Origin: an uncultured candidate division Zixibacteria bacterium
GTDB lineage: Bacteria; Zixibacteria; MSB-5A5; UBA10806; 4484-95
Direction of reading: 5' to 3'
Assembly (NCBI GenBank): GCA_963668625.2
Contig: CAXXKA010000006.1
Span: forward strand, 96,001 to 160,000
Length of the DNA: 64,000 bases
The translations under genes and the position numbers were made by a program. Shown here piece after piece: positions 22,701 through 31,638 of the stretch; position 1 is the stretch's first letter; each line of letters begins with the position of its first letter. The notes under the pieces were generated by a model. It made no database searches. It saw only the letters and a list, made by a program, of their open reading frames with translations, and was not told where the DNA came from.

Positions 22701-23397
22701 GCGGTGGTTCGAATAATTCCTGCCAATCCAGAAGAGGTTCCGTCCCTACTACCGCATCATCATTGAAATGGTCGGTGGATGATTTCCAGCCCCATTCGGG
22801 TTGAGGATCATCTTGCTCTACCACCGCCGAGATAGCCAACCAGTATATCGTTCCCTCCTCCTGGATGAACGGATCCAGCACGAGGTCCTGAATGCCAACG
22901 AGGTTATACTGGAAATACTGACCGTGATCGTTGTACCAGACATTGAGAGGCGGTGGAATCGTAGGATCGAGCCAGCCTTCGAGATAATTAGGCAGGCCGT
23001 CAATTGGCCTGAAAATGAAGTATTGCGCCTCGAAATACCAGTCTCTCAAAAGGCTGTCGGGTTTGCTGAAACCATCAGGGTTTTCAGCAGCCGGCATATC
23101 GCTGTAAATTTGAATCCTGAAACCGAGAATATTGCCGACATCACCTACCAAATCGCCGTCCAGATCTCGCCACGATCCCCAGAAGTGGATATCATTAACC
23201 AGGCCTGTTTCGGAACACTGCCAGTCATCGGCAAGTATGATCGGATCATAGCAAGCAACATCCCAGCCGACCTCGTCCGGGAGCTGAGGAAAATGCATTT
23301 TATGCTCGTCGCCTTCATACCAGTCTCCGTATGAAGGTATGCCCAGCAGCGCAAATAGAATTACGCCGGTGATAAGTAATTTAATGTTCTTTTGCAT
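19744..23397 (-). CDS. Large secreted multidomain protein: GACC Cys repeats, papain/C39-like domain, Ig-like domains, dockerin-like C-terminus
   Basis: Signal peptide; three GACC...NGIADICE repeats; WCGPTALANC / GGHYVT / VSDP; C-terminal PGDAN...DVTYLVNYF...ADANGDC...DVTFIVNYF. Confidence 0.75.
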   Translation of the reverse strand: MQKNIKLLITGVILFALLGIPSYGDWYEGDEHKMHFPQLPDEVGWDVACYDPIILADDWQCSETGLVNDIHFWGSWRDLDGDLVGDVGNILGFRIQIYSDMPAAENPDGFSKPDSLLRDWYFEAQYFIFRPIDGLPNYLEGWLDPTIPPPLNVWYNDHGQYFQYNLVGIQDLVLDPFIQEEGTIYWLAISAVVEQDDPQPEWGWKSSTDHFNDDAVVGTEPLLDWQELFEPPRLGTFNIAIAPDGSFMGGGGINYYENGTSVGGWYWYENTGWWNIWFYDNPFSFDREKEVQISFVVNKIDPSMEGFLTLAINYSTPEWPPDGPPPLPPLTPLEESLFVGRTIVYELPLADFPTEVFIDTVLEMYNPEWVSIDVQGVNFEIFGGNIYHECVDRITRLGQSLDLAFVITGFPVETGACCYDDGTCLVTTQTACESVLLAQYMGDGTDCSDISPPNGIADICEQVYPDGACCYSDGSCIVLDSLTCIGSGGVWAGAGTVCLGDSNSNYIDDACEGYYDLGACCMQDLSCIVTYQDACTNVLGGQWMGAGTDCSDLNSNGIADICEEEPPDSCDYYKSAYPDYAPAGVPDFDQKQDFNNDGIIEQTWCGPTALANCFWWFDSKFEPFPVDPRPFGMVPPNDGYPLVTDFTGMGLDDHNPANVLPFVDSLALYCMTDIAGPGTVIWDLANGAQNWLASRALDTAYTINVIPVENLEFIQNEVLRSQNVILLLGFWEETGLEYCERIGGHYVTIAGTCTQLEPMAFCVSDPFFDYNEGDPPIPPHGSAVHNDAQYVSGPHGTMHHDKYYVGPTTCMPNPIYPFYFPFEFLNYPINPLYMGIFYNQNLIDPMIPGSQYQGGLIHTILEFALIICPAEEHIPDIDVLPDTVGFRRCIDTDTTYTAQFQVCNVSTTAPLSLDSITCDLGFVTATGVIPATIAPSSCANIDVNINTNSVITGSYTGYFHVYSDDPDEPVVNKPFIRVDVIAQDINVSPDSLAYSQAADTSIVYTGAFAINNGGGCDLSWSITNYPSWAVPSPIGPGVLAPLSSYPIDLTINTAGMSAGTYIDSITIISDDPDTPTLFEPIIVLQVTSGSYTFDYLPGDANMFAGSWPPSVLGADVTYLVNYFRGLAAPCYMYNPSLTSPYFYASADANGDCSVIGSDVTFIVNYFRGLATITYCPNYPPNFPPVPSIAPAGWPNCAIPPPTTKQIIPTQKNVDIEK

Positions 23398-23764
23398 GTG
23401 CCCTCCGTGAATTTGGTGTTATTCAAAATTTAGGTAAAAAGTGACAACCTCCTTTCGCGCCTGAAAAATGATTTATGAATTCGTTTATTTTTAAACTTAT
23501 GTTCTTTGGAGAACTATTGTTTTTCGGTATTTATGTTGATTGAATAAATCAATATACTACCTGATTTAAAGTAAGCTTATGTTTGTTATCTCTCTAAGTG
23601 GCCTGTTGGCCGATGCGGTACTGCTGTTTAAAATGCTCTTGTTACAGCATAATTCGTTATAGTTAGATTGTCAATAATTTTTTGCATTATTGATAGTAAT
23701 TCCGACCTGTTTGTTGTAATTTATCATTTTTGAATTATTATAATAACTGGAATTATTTTAATGC

Positions 23765-24844
23765 ATGATATATATAAACAAGATGAAACAATTAGAGGTA
23801 AAATCTTTAAGTAAAAGTTTCAACGGAGCTGCGGCCGTATTGAATGAAATCGATTTTCAGCTTAACTCCGGAGAATTTTTAGTCATACTCGGGCCCTCCG
23901 GGTGCGGTAAGACCACATTGCTTAGAATTATAGCAGGCCTGGAATCGGCAGATATTGGGCAGGTATTCATCAAAGGCCGGGATGTCACCGAGGTGGAGCC
24001 TAAAAACCGTGATGTTGCCATGGTCTTCCAAAATTACGCTCTATACCCTCACATGACAGTCTTCGATAATCTGTCTTTTGCGCTTAAGGTGAGAAAACTA
24101 TCGAAACCCGAGATAAAAGACAAGGTAACTCGTACCGCGGCGATGCTCGGACTCGAACCGTACCTGGAACGTAAACCGAAACAGCTTTCGGGAGGTCAAC
24201 GCCAGAGAGTTGCCCTGGGCAGAGCTATTGTCCGCAACCCGGCTTTATTCTTATTCGATGAACCGCTGTCCAATCTCGATGCCGAGTTACGTTCGCAGAT
24301 GAGATTCGAGCTTTTATCTCTTCACAGACGGCTTAGAGCCACCTCGGTTTATGTTACCCACGACCAGATCGAAGCAATGAGCCTGGCCGATAAAATTATC
24401 ATTTTGAATAAAGGTAATAAAATAGGACCCAGCGCGCCGCGCGAGCTATACGATAATCCCCCTGATACTTTCGTTGCCGGTTTTTTAGGCAATCCCGGCA
24501 TGAATCTGATCTCCGGCGCTATAGGTGAAAGCTCGAAATCGGTCAAGCTCGATTCCGATGTCATATTACCGATCGAATCCGGTATTCAAGCCGGCAGCCC
24601 GATAGTTTTCGGTTTCAGGCCGGAGCATTGTCGCCCCTCGCCCGAGGGGATTTTACCCGGCGAAGTGGAAGGTATAGAGGATTCCGGCAAAGAATATATC
24701 CTGAAATTAAAAGGCCCGAATAACACCCGCTATTACTGTATGAGTCAGGTCAAAGCGGAAATAGGGGATACCATTTCGCTTTCGATAGATATGTTTTACC
24801 TTTTCGATCAGAGAAATAATAAACTCATTAGCGCTTTCAGATAA
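23765..24844 (+). CDS. Sugar-type ABC transporter ATP-binding protein (MalK/UgpC/MsmX-like)
   Basis: GPSGCGKTT, FQNYALYPH, LSGGQRQR, DEPLSNLD, VTHDQ. Confidence 0.93.
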   Translation: MIYINKMKQLEVKSLSKSFNGAAAVLNEIDFQLNSGEFLVILGPSGCGKTTLLRIIAGLESADIGQVFIKGRDVTEVEPKNRDVAMVFQNYALYPHMTVFDNLSFALKVRKLSKPEIKDKVTRTAAMLGLEPYLERKPKQLSGGQRQRVALGRAIVRNPALFLFDEPLSNLDAELRSQMRFELLSLHRRLRATSVYVTHDQIEAMSLADKIIILNKGNKIGPSAPRELYDNPPDTFVAGFLGNPGMNLISGAIGESSKSVKLDSDVILPIESGIQAGSPIVFGFRPEHCRPSPEGILPGEVEGIEDSGKEYILKLKGPNNTRYYCMSQVKAEIGDTISLSIDMFYLFDQRNNKLISAFR

Positions 24845-24972
24845 GAATTATAAAGAAAATCTTATCATCGACATACGGAATAACGAGGGAGACCATACCG
24901 ATATGGTTTCGATGCTCTTATCGTATGTCATCGATCAAGATCGTGCACTCGATTCTACGCTGAGTAGTATAT

Positions 24973-24999
24973 AAAAAAAGCAGGGTTAAAACCCTGCTT
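24973..24999 (-). terminator. Terminator of the mrp-nifU unit
   Basis: AAGCAGGGT-TAAA-ACCCTGCTT with an A run on the + strand (U run on the - strand). Confidence 0.75.
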
Positions 25000-25029
25000 G
25001 ATCATCGTGTGGTATTTTAAATAAAATTC

Positions 25030-25260
25030 TTATTCGGTGACTTCCTTAACGCCCGGCACCATTTTTTTCAGCGCTTGCTCGATCCCCATCTTCAAAGTCA
25101 TGGTAGACATCGGGCAGCCTTTGCAGGCTCCTTGAAGCTCTAATTTTACTACGCCGTCATCAGAAACATCCACCAACTTACAGTCGCCGCCATCAGCCTG
25201 AAGTGCCGGTCTAATTTGATCCAATGCTTTTTGTACTTCTTCTTTCAATCTCATCTCCAT
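25030..25260 (-). CDS. NifU-C/NfuA-like Fe-S carrier
   Basis: [11 protein letters not shown]...LQGACKGCP...TLK.GIE. Confidence 0.93.
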   Translation of the reverse strand: MEMRLKEEVQKALDQIRPALQADGGDCKLVDVSDDGVVKLELQGACKGCPMSTMTLKMGIEQALKKMVPGVKEVTE

Positions 25261-25273
25261 TCTATCGTTAATT

Positions 25274-26332
25274 CTAATTGACTATTTTAGCCAGTTTCTC
25301 GGCGATCTGCTTGAACTCTGTCGAGGCTTCACCTTTACCCGATTGGGCTACCGGCTGCCCCATATCTCCACCCTCGCGCACCGAGGTTTCCAGTGGAATC
25401 TGTCCCAGCAGCGGCAGGTCGAGCTTGGTCGATAAAATCTTACCGCCGCCCTCGCCGAAAATATATTGTTTTTGGCCGTCGGGCGCCTGATAATATGACA
25501 TATTCTCGATGACACCCAGCATCTTGAAATTAGCTTTGGTGGAAAGCTCAGCGACTCTCTGGGCAACTCCGGAGGCTGCCGGTTGTGGCGTAGTTACCAG
25601 TACCAGGTTGGCATTGGGGACAGTTTGCGAAATCGATAAGGTGATATCGCCGGTGCCGGGGGGAAGGTCAATCAGCAGGTAGTCGATTTTATCCCAGTAT
25701 ACCTGGGTTAGAAACTGTACTATGGTTTTGTGAAGCATGGGGCCGCGCCAGAGCACAGCCTGATCTTCATTGATGAAAAAACCCATCGAGATTATCTTGA
25801 TACCATCTTTTAAGACCGGTATCATGGCGTTATCTATGACAGTTGGCAAACCTTCCGCGCCCATCATACGCGGGATCGAAAATCCGTATACATCAGAATC
25901 AATTACGCCGACTTTATAGCCCAGATTTTTCAGAGCAAATGCCAGGTTCGTGGTAACGGTCGATTTACCGACGCCACCTTTGCCGGAGGCCACGGCTATG
26001 ACATTTTTGATATTCATGTCATCGAAAACCGGAGACTCAGCCTGGCCTGTCATTTTCTTGGCTATCGCGTTTCTCTCGGCAGGTTTCATCGAGGTGAAAT
26101 CGAGCTCGACTTTCTCGACACCATCCAAAGGCATCAATGCCGCCGAGACATCCTCCTGGAATTTATGTTTCAACGGGCAGCCAGGGATTGTCAGTTTGAT
26201 CGTGACATGTACCGTACCATTATCCTGACGGATTTTCTCCACCATCTCCAAGTCGATAATCGAGCGTCCCAATTCCGGGTCATTAACTTTTCGCAGCGCC
26301 TCGACTATCTTGTCGTTATCTATCTGAGCCAT
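25274..26332 (-). CDS. mrp: Mrp/ApbC (NBP35) Fe-S cluster carrier ATPase
   Basis: N-terminal DUF59 (DPEL...GCP), [28 protein letters not shown]. Confidence 0.93.
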   Translation of the reverse strand: MAQIDNDKIVEALRKVNDPELGRSIIDLEMVEKIRQDNGTVHVTIKLTIPGCPLKHKFQEDVSAALMPLDGVEKVELDFTSMKPAERNAIAKKMTGQAESPVFDDMNIKNVIAVASGKGGVGKSTVTTNLAFALKNLGYKVGVIDSDVYGFSIPRMMGAEGLPTVIDNAMIPVLKDGIKIISMGFFINEDQAVLWRGPMLHKTIVQFLTQVYWDKIDYLLIDLPPGTGDITLSISQTVPNANLVLVTTPQPAASGVAQRVAELSTKANFKMLGVIENMSYYQAPDGQKQYIFGEGGGKILSTKLDLPLLGQIPLETSVREGGDMGQPVAQSGKGEASTEFKQIAEKLAKIVN

Positions 26333-26496
26333 TTAGTTTAATCCTCTCTTAGCAAAATAGACTAGCTATATCTATATAGTTAATGAGGAAAATATGGCAA
26401 AGGTTCCGTATGTCAAGGATAAATTTCTCCAGCCAAAAATAAACCCCGAGACATATATCCCGGGGTCTACCATCAAAGTTTAATTTAGTGCTATAC

Positions 26497-27726
26497 TTAC
26501 TTAGCAGGCATCGGAGCGACATCTAAAGTGACTGTCGGAAGCGAAGTGTTCATCGTGCCGATCTCTGTTACCACACCGGTGGTACCGTTAATAGAACAAA
26601 CATGCCAGTACCAACCCACGCCGGTATCGACAACATTCGGTGGTTCGAATTCCTGGATCGTGCGATCCGGTTTCAGCAGTGTAACCCTCGTACCGGAAAC
26701 CGGTATGGTGCTCTCTCCATTAAAATGATGTACGGAGTAATAATAAATACCTGGAAATGGTTGTTGAATAATGATATGCTCGGGGCCCCAACTCGTAACA
26801 TCGTCAACATCCAGAAACGCATATGGAGCAGTGGCTACCGAACCCTTGTTAACATAATAAACATGATAACTGGAACCTTCTATCTCCGGAGTCCATAGAT
26901 GTGAGTCTAGATCCTCCGGCAACTCGCCCCATGTCAATGTGAATTGGTAGAAGAAACTGCCATCACCAAGTTCGGCATCTCTGATAAAAACTACCGGGAG
27001 AATGCTATCCTCCAGGGCAACGTATGAGAAAGTCAGGCTGTCACTATCAAATATATGGAATTGTAGCCCGAGTAGTACCGAGAAAACCGTATCACTGGTC
27101 ACAACACTGGTATCGAGTACCATCGAGATCGTATTTGCGTCGGAGTTTGTCTGGTTGGCAACGCTTGAGGAGATGTTTACGATGATATTACGCTCCAGGG
27201 CAATCGAATCTACCAGGGCGAATATATCTGCGGTTGTACCCGTGAAAGAGCTAACTGTTGACCAGTCATCGGTTAAAATATCCTCTTGATATTCAGGATC
27301 ATTCGTATAGGTATAAACCTCGCTGGTGATTCTATCCAGCACTATCTCAATTTCGCCGACAACTTCCGTAGGGGTGGTAGGTTTGCCTGCCGACCATGCG
27401 CCAATATCATCATCGCTGAATTCAGAATACGGCACTAGCACATGATTGGAGTAATACGTATCATCGCCGACTGCGAAAATATACACATAATCATTAAACA
27501 GGTAACCTTTCACCCTGATTCCAGAAGCCGCTTGCGGCATAAAATCATGCGCAGTAACCGTAATAAGGTGACTTGAGAAATCCAGTTCTACCTCACCGTT
27601 CGAATCCGTGATGCCCTCGGCAAATGCCGGCTCCTCCGGACGTGTTACTGTGTCATCATCGCTGCATCCAATTATCAGCAAAAAAGTTAGAGCTAATAGT
27701 GTGGTCGCGATTTTGATAATTTTCAT
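26497..27726 (-). CDS. Lipoprotein with C-terminal YfaP/DUF2135-like domain
   Basis: Lipobox IIGC; LTW...DLDSHLWTP...LDVDD...GPEHI...YSVHHF. Confidence 0.7.
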   Translation of the reverse strand: MKIIKIATTLLALTFLLIIGCSDDDTVTRPEEPAFAEGITDSNGEVELDFSSHLITVTAHDFMPQAASGIRVKGYLFNDYVYIFAVGDDTYYSNHVLVPYSEFSDDDIGAWSAGKPTTPTEVVGEIEIVLDRITSEVYTYTNDPEYQEDILTDDWSTVSSFTGTTADIFALVDSIALERNIIVNISSSVANQTNSDANTISMVLDTSVVTSDTVFSVLLGLQFHIFDSDSLTFSYVALEDSILPVVFIRDAELGDGSFFYQFTLTWGELPEDLDSHLWTPEIEGSSYHVYYVNKGSVATAPYAFLDVDDVTSWGPEHIIIQQPFPGIYYYSVHHFNGESTIPVSGTRVTLLKPDRTIQEFEPPNVVDTGVGWYWHVCSINGTTGVVTEIGTMNTSLPTVTLDVAPMPAK

Positions 27727-28153
27727 CTTAACCTCTTTCCTATATGTTTAAAGTATCTACACTCGAACATAGATGCTCCTGACATAGATATATTCGGCTT
27801 TGAATAGTATCACTTTAACTGTTTAGTTGGCAGTTTTCGCATTATTCGTTCGGAAACAATTGTTGCATGATTCTATAGCCTTACAGTTTTCACGGTGCTA
27901 TATCATATTAGATGATTTTTCGGTTTGTTTCATTTGACCGTAATGAATCAGCATTCAGGCGGAGGGAGAAACCAGACAATGTCCGCATTAGAGATAAAGC
28001 CGGGTTTCTGCGTTCAATATATTCATCCCGGAATCCGGCTAATTCACGATTAAAAGGTTGGGCGGTAGTAATATAACCTGTTAATTTTTTTGTATTTATA
28101 GGTTGTCAAGATAATCGATTATGTGTTATAATCAGGCGACAAGGAGAGATAAT

Positions 28154-28543
28154 ATGGCCAGATCGCCTATAGGCTGCTGCGGTCTTCACTGCGGAATGTG
28201 TGAAATCTATATAGCCTCAACCACCTCCGATGAGAAGCGTAAAGCTAAGCTTGCTGACAGATTATCCAAAGAAATGGGCAAGAAAATAAGCCCCGATAAT
28301 GTTCATTGTTGGGGATGTTGGGCGAATAACAGGAATTGCTGGGGCAAGAAATGCAATTTCCGTAAATGCTCCAACGAGAAGGGATTGGATTTTTGCTATA
28401 AATGCTCGGAGTTCCCCTGTGATGAACTGGTAGCGTTTTATGAAAAGAATCCCGATGCCCGAGAGAACCTGACTCATATCAGCAAGCGAGGTTTCGAGTT
28501 TTTCATTTCCGATATTCTTATGCAGGGAACAGAGGACGAGTGA
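28154..28543 (+). CDS. DUF3795 Cys-rich (Fe-S/Zn) protein
   Basis: CCGLHCGMC...CWGC...CNFRKC...GLDFCYKCSEFPC; RBS AAGGAG. Confidence 0.8.
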   Translation: MARSPIGCCGLHCGMCEIYIASTTSDEKRKAKLADRLSKEMGKKISPDNVHCWGCWANNRNCWGKKCNFRKCSNEKGLDFCYKCSEFPCDELVAFYEKNPDARENLTHISKRGFEFFISDILMQGTEDE

Positions 28544-28605
28544 AAGTCAGCGATAAGTCCGCAAGCGATCGGGCTATCTTAACGACATTATAAACAAAGG
28601 CAATA

Positions 28606-28863
28606 ATGAAAAAGAAAGAGACATCCGAGGGCGGGATAAAATTCGATAACAGGCTGGATTCATTCACTTTGGGGCCTGCGTATCTCGACTACTGTGTGAA
28701 AAAAGGCTGGTTAACCAAAGATGGCGAGGGCGATACCGCCCAGTACGAGTTGACAGATGTGGGAAAGAAAAAGCTCGACAACGTATCTTTGAATTTCGAT
28801 TTATCGGCTATCACCGAAAAAGGTGACGGACCGAAAAAGAAACGTAAACGTCATAAAAAATAG
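28606..28863 (+). CDS. Small hypothetical protein, possibly winged-helix
   Basis: 85-aa ORF with KKGWL...YELTDVGKK pattern and a basic tail. Confidence 0.55.
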   Translation: MKKKETSEGGIKFDNRLDSFTLGPAYLDYCVKKGWLTKDGEGDTAQYELTDVGKKKLDNVSLNFDLSAITEKGDGPKKKRKRHKK

Positions 28864-28898
28864 CTCCTCGCAGCATTGAATATTATTAGGAGTAAATC

Positions 28899-29696
28899 TT
28901 GAGTGTATTCACCGACCTTCTGGGGAGTATCACTGCGGGAAAATTTTATCATGATATCCTCACTCGTCCGGCCAAAACCGGCTGGATGCTTTACCTGTTG
29001 CTGATTACCTGTTCGGCAATCGTTCTCACCGTATATTGGGGAGTTAAAGCTAATTCTTATGCTGATGAGGCAGTCGAGTTTTTCGCCGGCCTCGATGCCG
29101 AGATAGTATTCGAGAAGGGGATTATTACCAATATGCCGCTTTCCCACAAGGAATACTATTTTAAAGATCTGACTATTTATGTTGATAGTAAATATGTTGA
29201 TCTCCAAAGTACCGAGGAGGATATGGAAAACGCCGAGAAACCAGTCGTTTTTATCGGTGCGAAAGCAGCCTACCTGACCTCCACGGAAAGGGCTGAGGAG
29301 ATAGCATACCCACCGGCGTTTTCTGAGACAATCGATTTGGATTACCTGAAAAAAACGAAATCGATACTGATAGCCGGCGCATTTTTCGGTGGATTTTTGG
29401 TCTGGCTGTTGATTAAATTTATCGAGAGCATGGCTTATATCGCGCTGATAATTACACCGATACTTTTATTCAAATTCAGGCGGCGTGGTTTGACTTATCC
29501 CGAGGGATTCGGAGTCGGTTTATATCTCGCTACTTTTCAGATAATACTCTCTACGATTTTACTTCTTGTGGGATTCGCATATATTTGGGTTCACCTGATA
29601 TTCATTTTATTATATGTGTTTTTTATAGGCGCATACGTGAATATAGATCTCTCCCATAGCAATCGTCAATTATATAAAGAGAGCGCTTCCCAATGA
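28899..29696 (+). CDS. Membrane protein (DUF1189-like)
   Basis: N-terminal TM, extracytoplasmic loop, several C-terminal TM helices; TTG start after AGGAG. Confidence 0.55.
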   Translation: MSVFTDLLGSITAGKFYHDILTRPAKTGWMLYLLLITCSAIVLTVYWGVKANSYADEAVEFFAGLDAEIVFEKGIITNMPLSHKEYYFKDLTIYVDSKYVDLQSTEEDMENAEKPVVFIGAKAAYLTSTERAEEIAYPPAFSETIDLDYLKKTKSILIAGAFFGGFLVWLLIKFIESMAYIALIITPILLFKFRRRGLTYPEGFGVGLYLATFQIILSTILLLVGFAYIWVHLIFILLYVFFIGAYVNIDLSHSNRQLYKESASQ

Positions 29697-30694
29697 AAAT
29701 AGCTATAACCGGCGCCAGTGGATTTTTAGGTGGAGGATTGGCCGAGACGTACCACGAGCGCGGGGATGAGATAACCGCCCTGGTGCGTAAGAGCTCCGAC
29801 ACCTCGACGCTGGAGCAACTGGGAGCCAAACTGGTCGTCGGTGAACTTAACGAACCCGAATCATTCAGCCGTCTGGTAGAGGGCGCCGATATCGCCATAC
29901 ACTGTGCCGCTATGGCGACGGATTTCGGACCGTGGGAGCAATTTCAATCCATAAATGTCGATGCCGCCAGGTTATTTTTCGAGGCTTGCCTGAAAAGCAA
30001 GGTTAACCGTATTATCTACATTTCCTCGGTAGCAGTCTATGGCAACGGCCGTCACCACCGAGGTACGGATGAGGAAGCGCCGTACGAATCGATAATCACC
30101 GATAATTATACTAAATCGAAAATCATGGCCGAGCGTATAGCCTATAATTTTATCGATCAGCATAGCTTGCCGCTCGTGATTATCCGGCCCGGTTATATCT
30201 GGGGGAACGGTGACAAAGCCGTCATGCCGAAAATGATTTCCTCTATTAAAAAACGCCAGGTCGCGGTTATCAATGAGGGCGTCAATTTGATGAATCTCTC
30301 GCATGTCGAAAACGTAATTCAGGGAATCATGCTAGCCGCCGAAAGCGAGAAGGCGATCGGGAGGGTATATAATCTCACCGATGGTTCGAAGGTTACCACG
30401 AGGAGGTTTTTCGAGGATTTGCTCGAGATGCTGGGTGTGGATATCAAAATAAAATCGTTTCCTTACGCCCCGGCTTATGTCGCCGCCTCCCTGGCGGAGA
30501 TGTATTGTCATATAACCGGCTATCGGAGTTATCCTCCATTTACTCGCTACACTGTCAAGATGGGTAAATACGATCAAGTGTTCGATATCTCACGAGCCAT
30601 ATACGAACTCGGTTATAAGCCGAAAATTCGTTATAAAGAGGGTATGGCCGGGATGATTCGTTACGTACGGCGATTGTATTACGGACAAAAGTAA
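29693..30694 (+). CDS. NAD-dependent epimerase / 3-beta-HSD-like extended SDR
   Basis: TGASGFLG, ISSVAVYG, YTKSK, RPGYIWG. Confidence 0.9.
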   Translation: MKIAITGASGFLGGGLAETYHERGDEITALVRKSSDTSTLEQLGAKLVVGELNEPESFSRLVEGADIAIHCAAMATDFGPWEQFQSINVDAARLFFEACLKSKVNRIIYISSVAVYGNGRHHRGTDEEAPYESIITDNYTKSKIMAERIAYNFIDQHSLPLVIIRPGYIWGNGDKAVMPKMISSIKKRQVAVINEGVNLMNLSHVENVIQGIMLAAESEKAIGRVYNLTDGSKVTTRRFFEDLLEMLGVDIKIKSFPYAPAYVAASLAEMYCHITGYRSYPPFTRYTVKMGKYDQVFDISRAIYELGYKPKIRYKEGMAGMIRYVRRLYYGQK

Positions 30695-30731
30695 ATCTTA
30701 ATTATTTCCCACGATCGATTACTCGGATATT

Positions 30732-30938
30732 CTATTTAGTAACAGCCTTTTTTCTCTGCGTATGTTTCTTCTTTATGAGTTTAGTCTCAATCAACTCGGA
30801 TGAATGCTTTAATGTCACCCGCCCGGGGCGACAATCATCATTCTGTCATTTAGCTTTGGATGATTTATATGCATGCAGATTTATTATAATTACAGTCAAA
30901 CAAAAAGCAGCGACGAGTATAAGCAAAAAGTAAAACAT
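30732..30938 (-). CDS. Candidate small membrane selenoprotein C (68 aa; UGA at codon 31)
   Basis: Manual translation MFYFLLILVAAFCLTVIIINLHAYKSSKAK-U-QNDDCRPGRVTLKHSSELIETKLIKKKHTQRKKAVTK*; TGA at 30846-30848; hairpin at 30813-30833; weak RBS. Confidence 0.5.
30813..30833 (-). promoter_or_regulatory. SECIS-like hairpin of ORF C
   Basis: UGUCGCCC-CGGGC-GGGUGACA; the loop starts 20 nt after the UGA. Confidence 0.55.
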
Positions 30939-30959
30939 AATTGGAAACCCGATTTATTC

Positions 30960-31157
30960 TTATCGATTAACTCCGGTTCTATCTCGTTGCTGCCGGTTAT
31001 TTTTCGTCTCGTTGCCGGAGAATTCTTTCAGTTTAGCCGCACGGGCTTTCTTGCGTCTTTTCGATCAGGGGCCGACCGTGTTGCTCCAAAGCAATACCCC
31101 GGTGATTATAACCGCAATTCCTATACCGATATTATACACCATCGAAAGTGCTGTCAT
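30960..31157 (-). CDS. Candidate small membrane selenoprotein B (65 aa; UGA at codon 31)
   Basis: AAGGAAG RBS; MTALSMVYNIGIGIAVIITGVLLWSNTVGP-U-SKRRKKARAAKLKEFSGNETKNNRQQRDRTGVNR*; TGA at 31065-31067; short AGCC-CGUGC-GGCU hairpin at 31035-31047. Confidence 0.5.
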
Positions 31158-31478
31158 AACTTCCTTTTCCTGTTTTATGATAATATTTTACCGTCTGGCT
31201 TTAGAAATCGGTAGATTGATTATCGGGATTTAGCCTCACCGATTCACTTTGTTGCATTATGGATGGATCTATAAATCGTTTTCAGTTGATAGGTATGTTT
31301 ATTGAATTATGTTAATTAGTAATATCACTAGTGTCCGGTGTTTTTCGGTAAGTTTCAACTTTCACCATGGAATTGTCAGTAAAAGATATTTTCCGATATA
31401 ACTATATATTCAGCGTATCATGCATCCTGATATATTCTGCCGATGTTAGGCTTAGTTCCCTGGTTTCCAAGCGCTGTC

Positions 31479-31572
31479 TGGAAACCTTCTTGAGTCATGT
31501 GAAATGCGCATTCTGCCAGCAAATAAGCCACGTTGCGACGCATCGCTTGGCAACGAGATGGAAAGGCCGGAT
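31479..31572 (+). repeat. ~93-bp direct repeat, copy 1
   Basis: TGGAAACCTTCTTGA.TCATGT..AATGCGCATTCTGC...AAGCCACGTTGCGA.GCA.CGCTT.GCAACGAGATG, shared with 32930-33022. Confidence 0.85.
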
Positions 31573-31638
31573 AGTTGTGTAATATTGTATTGATTAAACA
31601 GTAAACGGTTTAGGTCTTAATCTGTAATCTTATTCGCT

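Noticed and set aside
28541-28582. Sec read-through at the TGA of the DUF3795 gene (a hairpin follows)
   Set aside because: The domain is already complete, the loop lacks the CG(G/U)GC pattern, and the extension is short and featureless.
30873-31582. Plus-strand ORFs 30873-31214, 31012-31233 and 31367-31582
   Set aside because: No recognisable motifs. The first two are antisense to the small membrane ORFs and the third translates repeat DNA.
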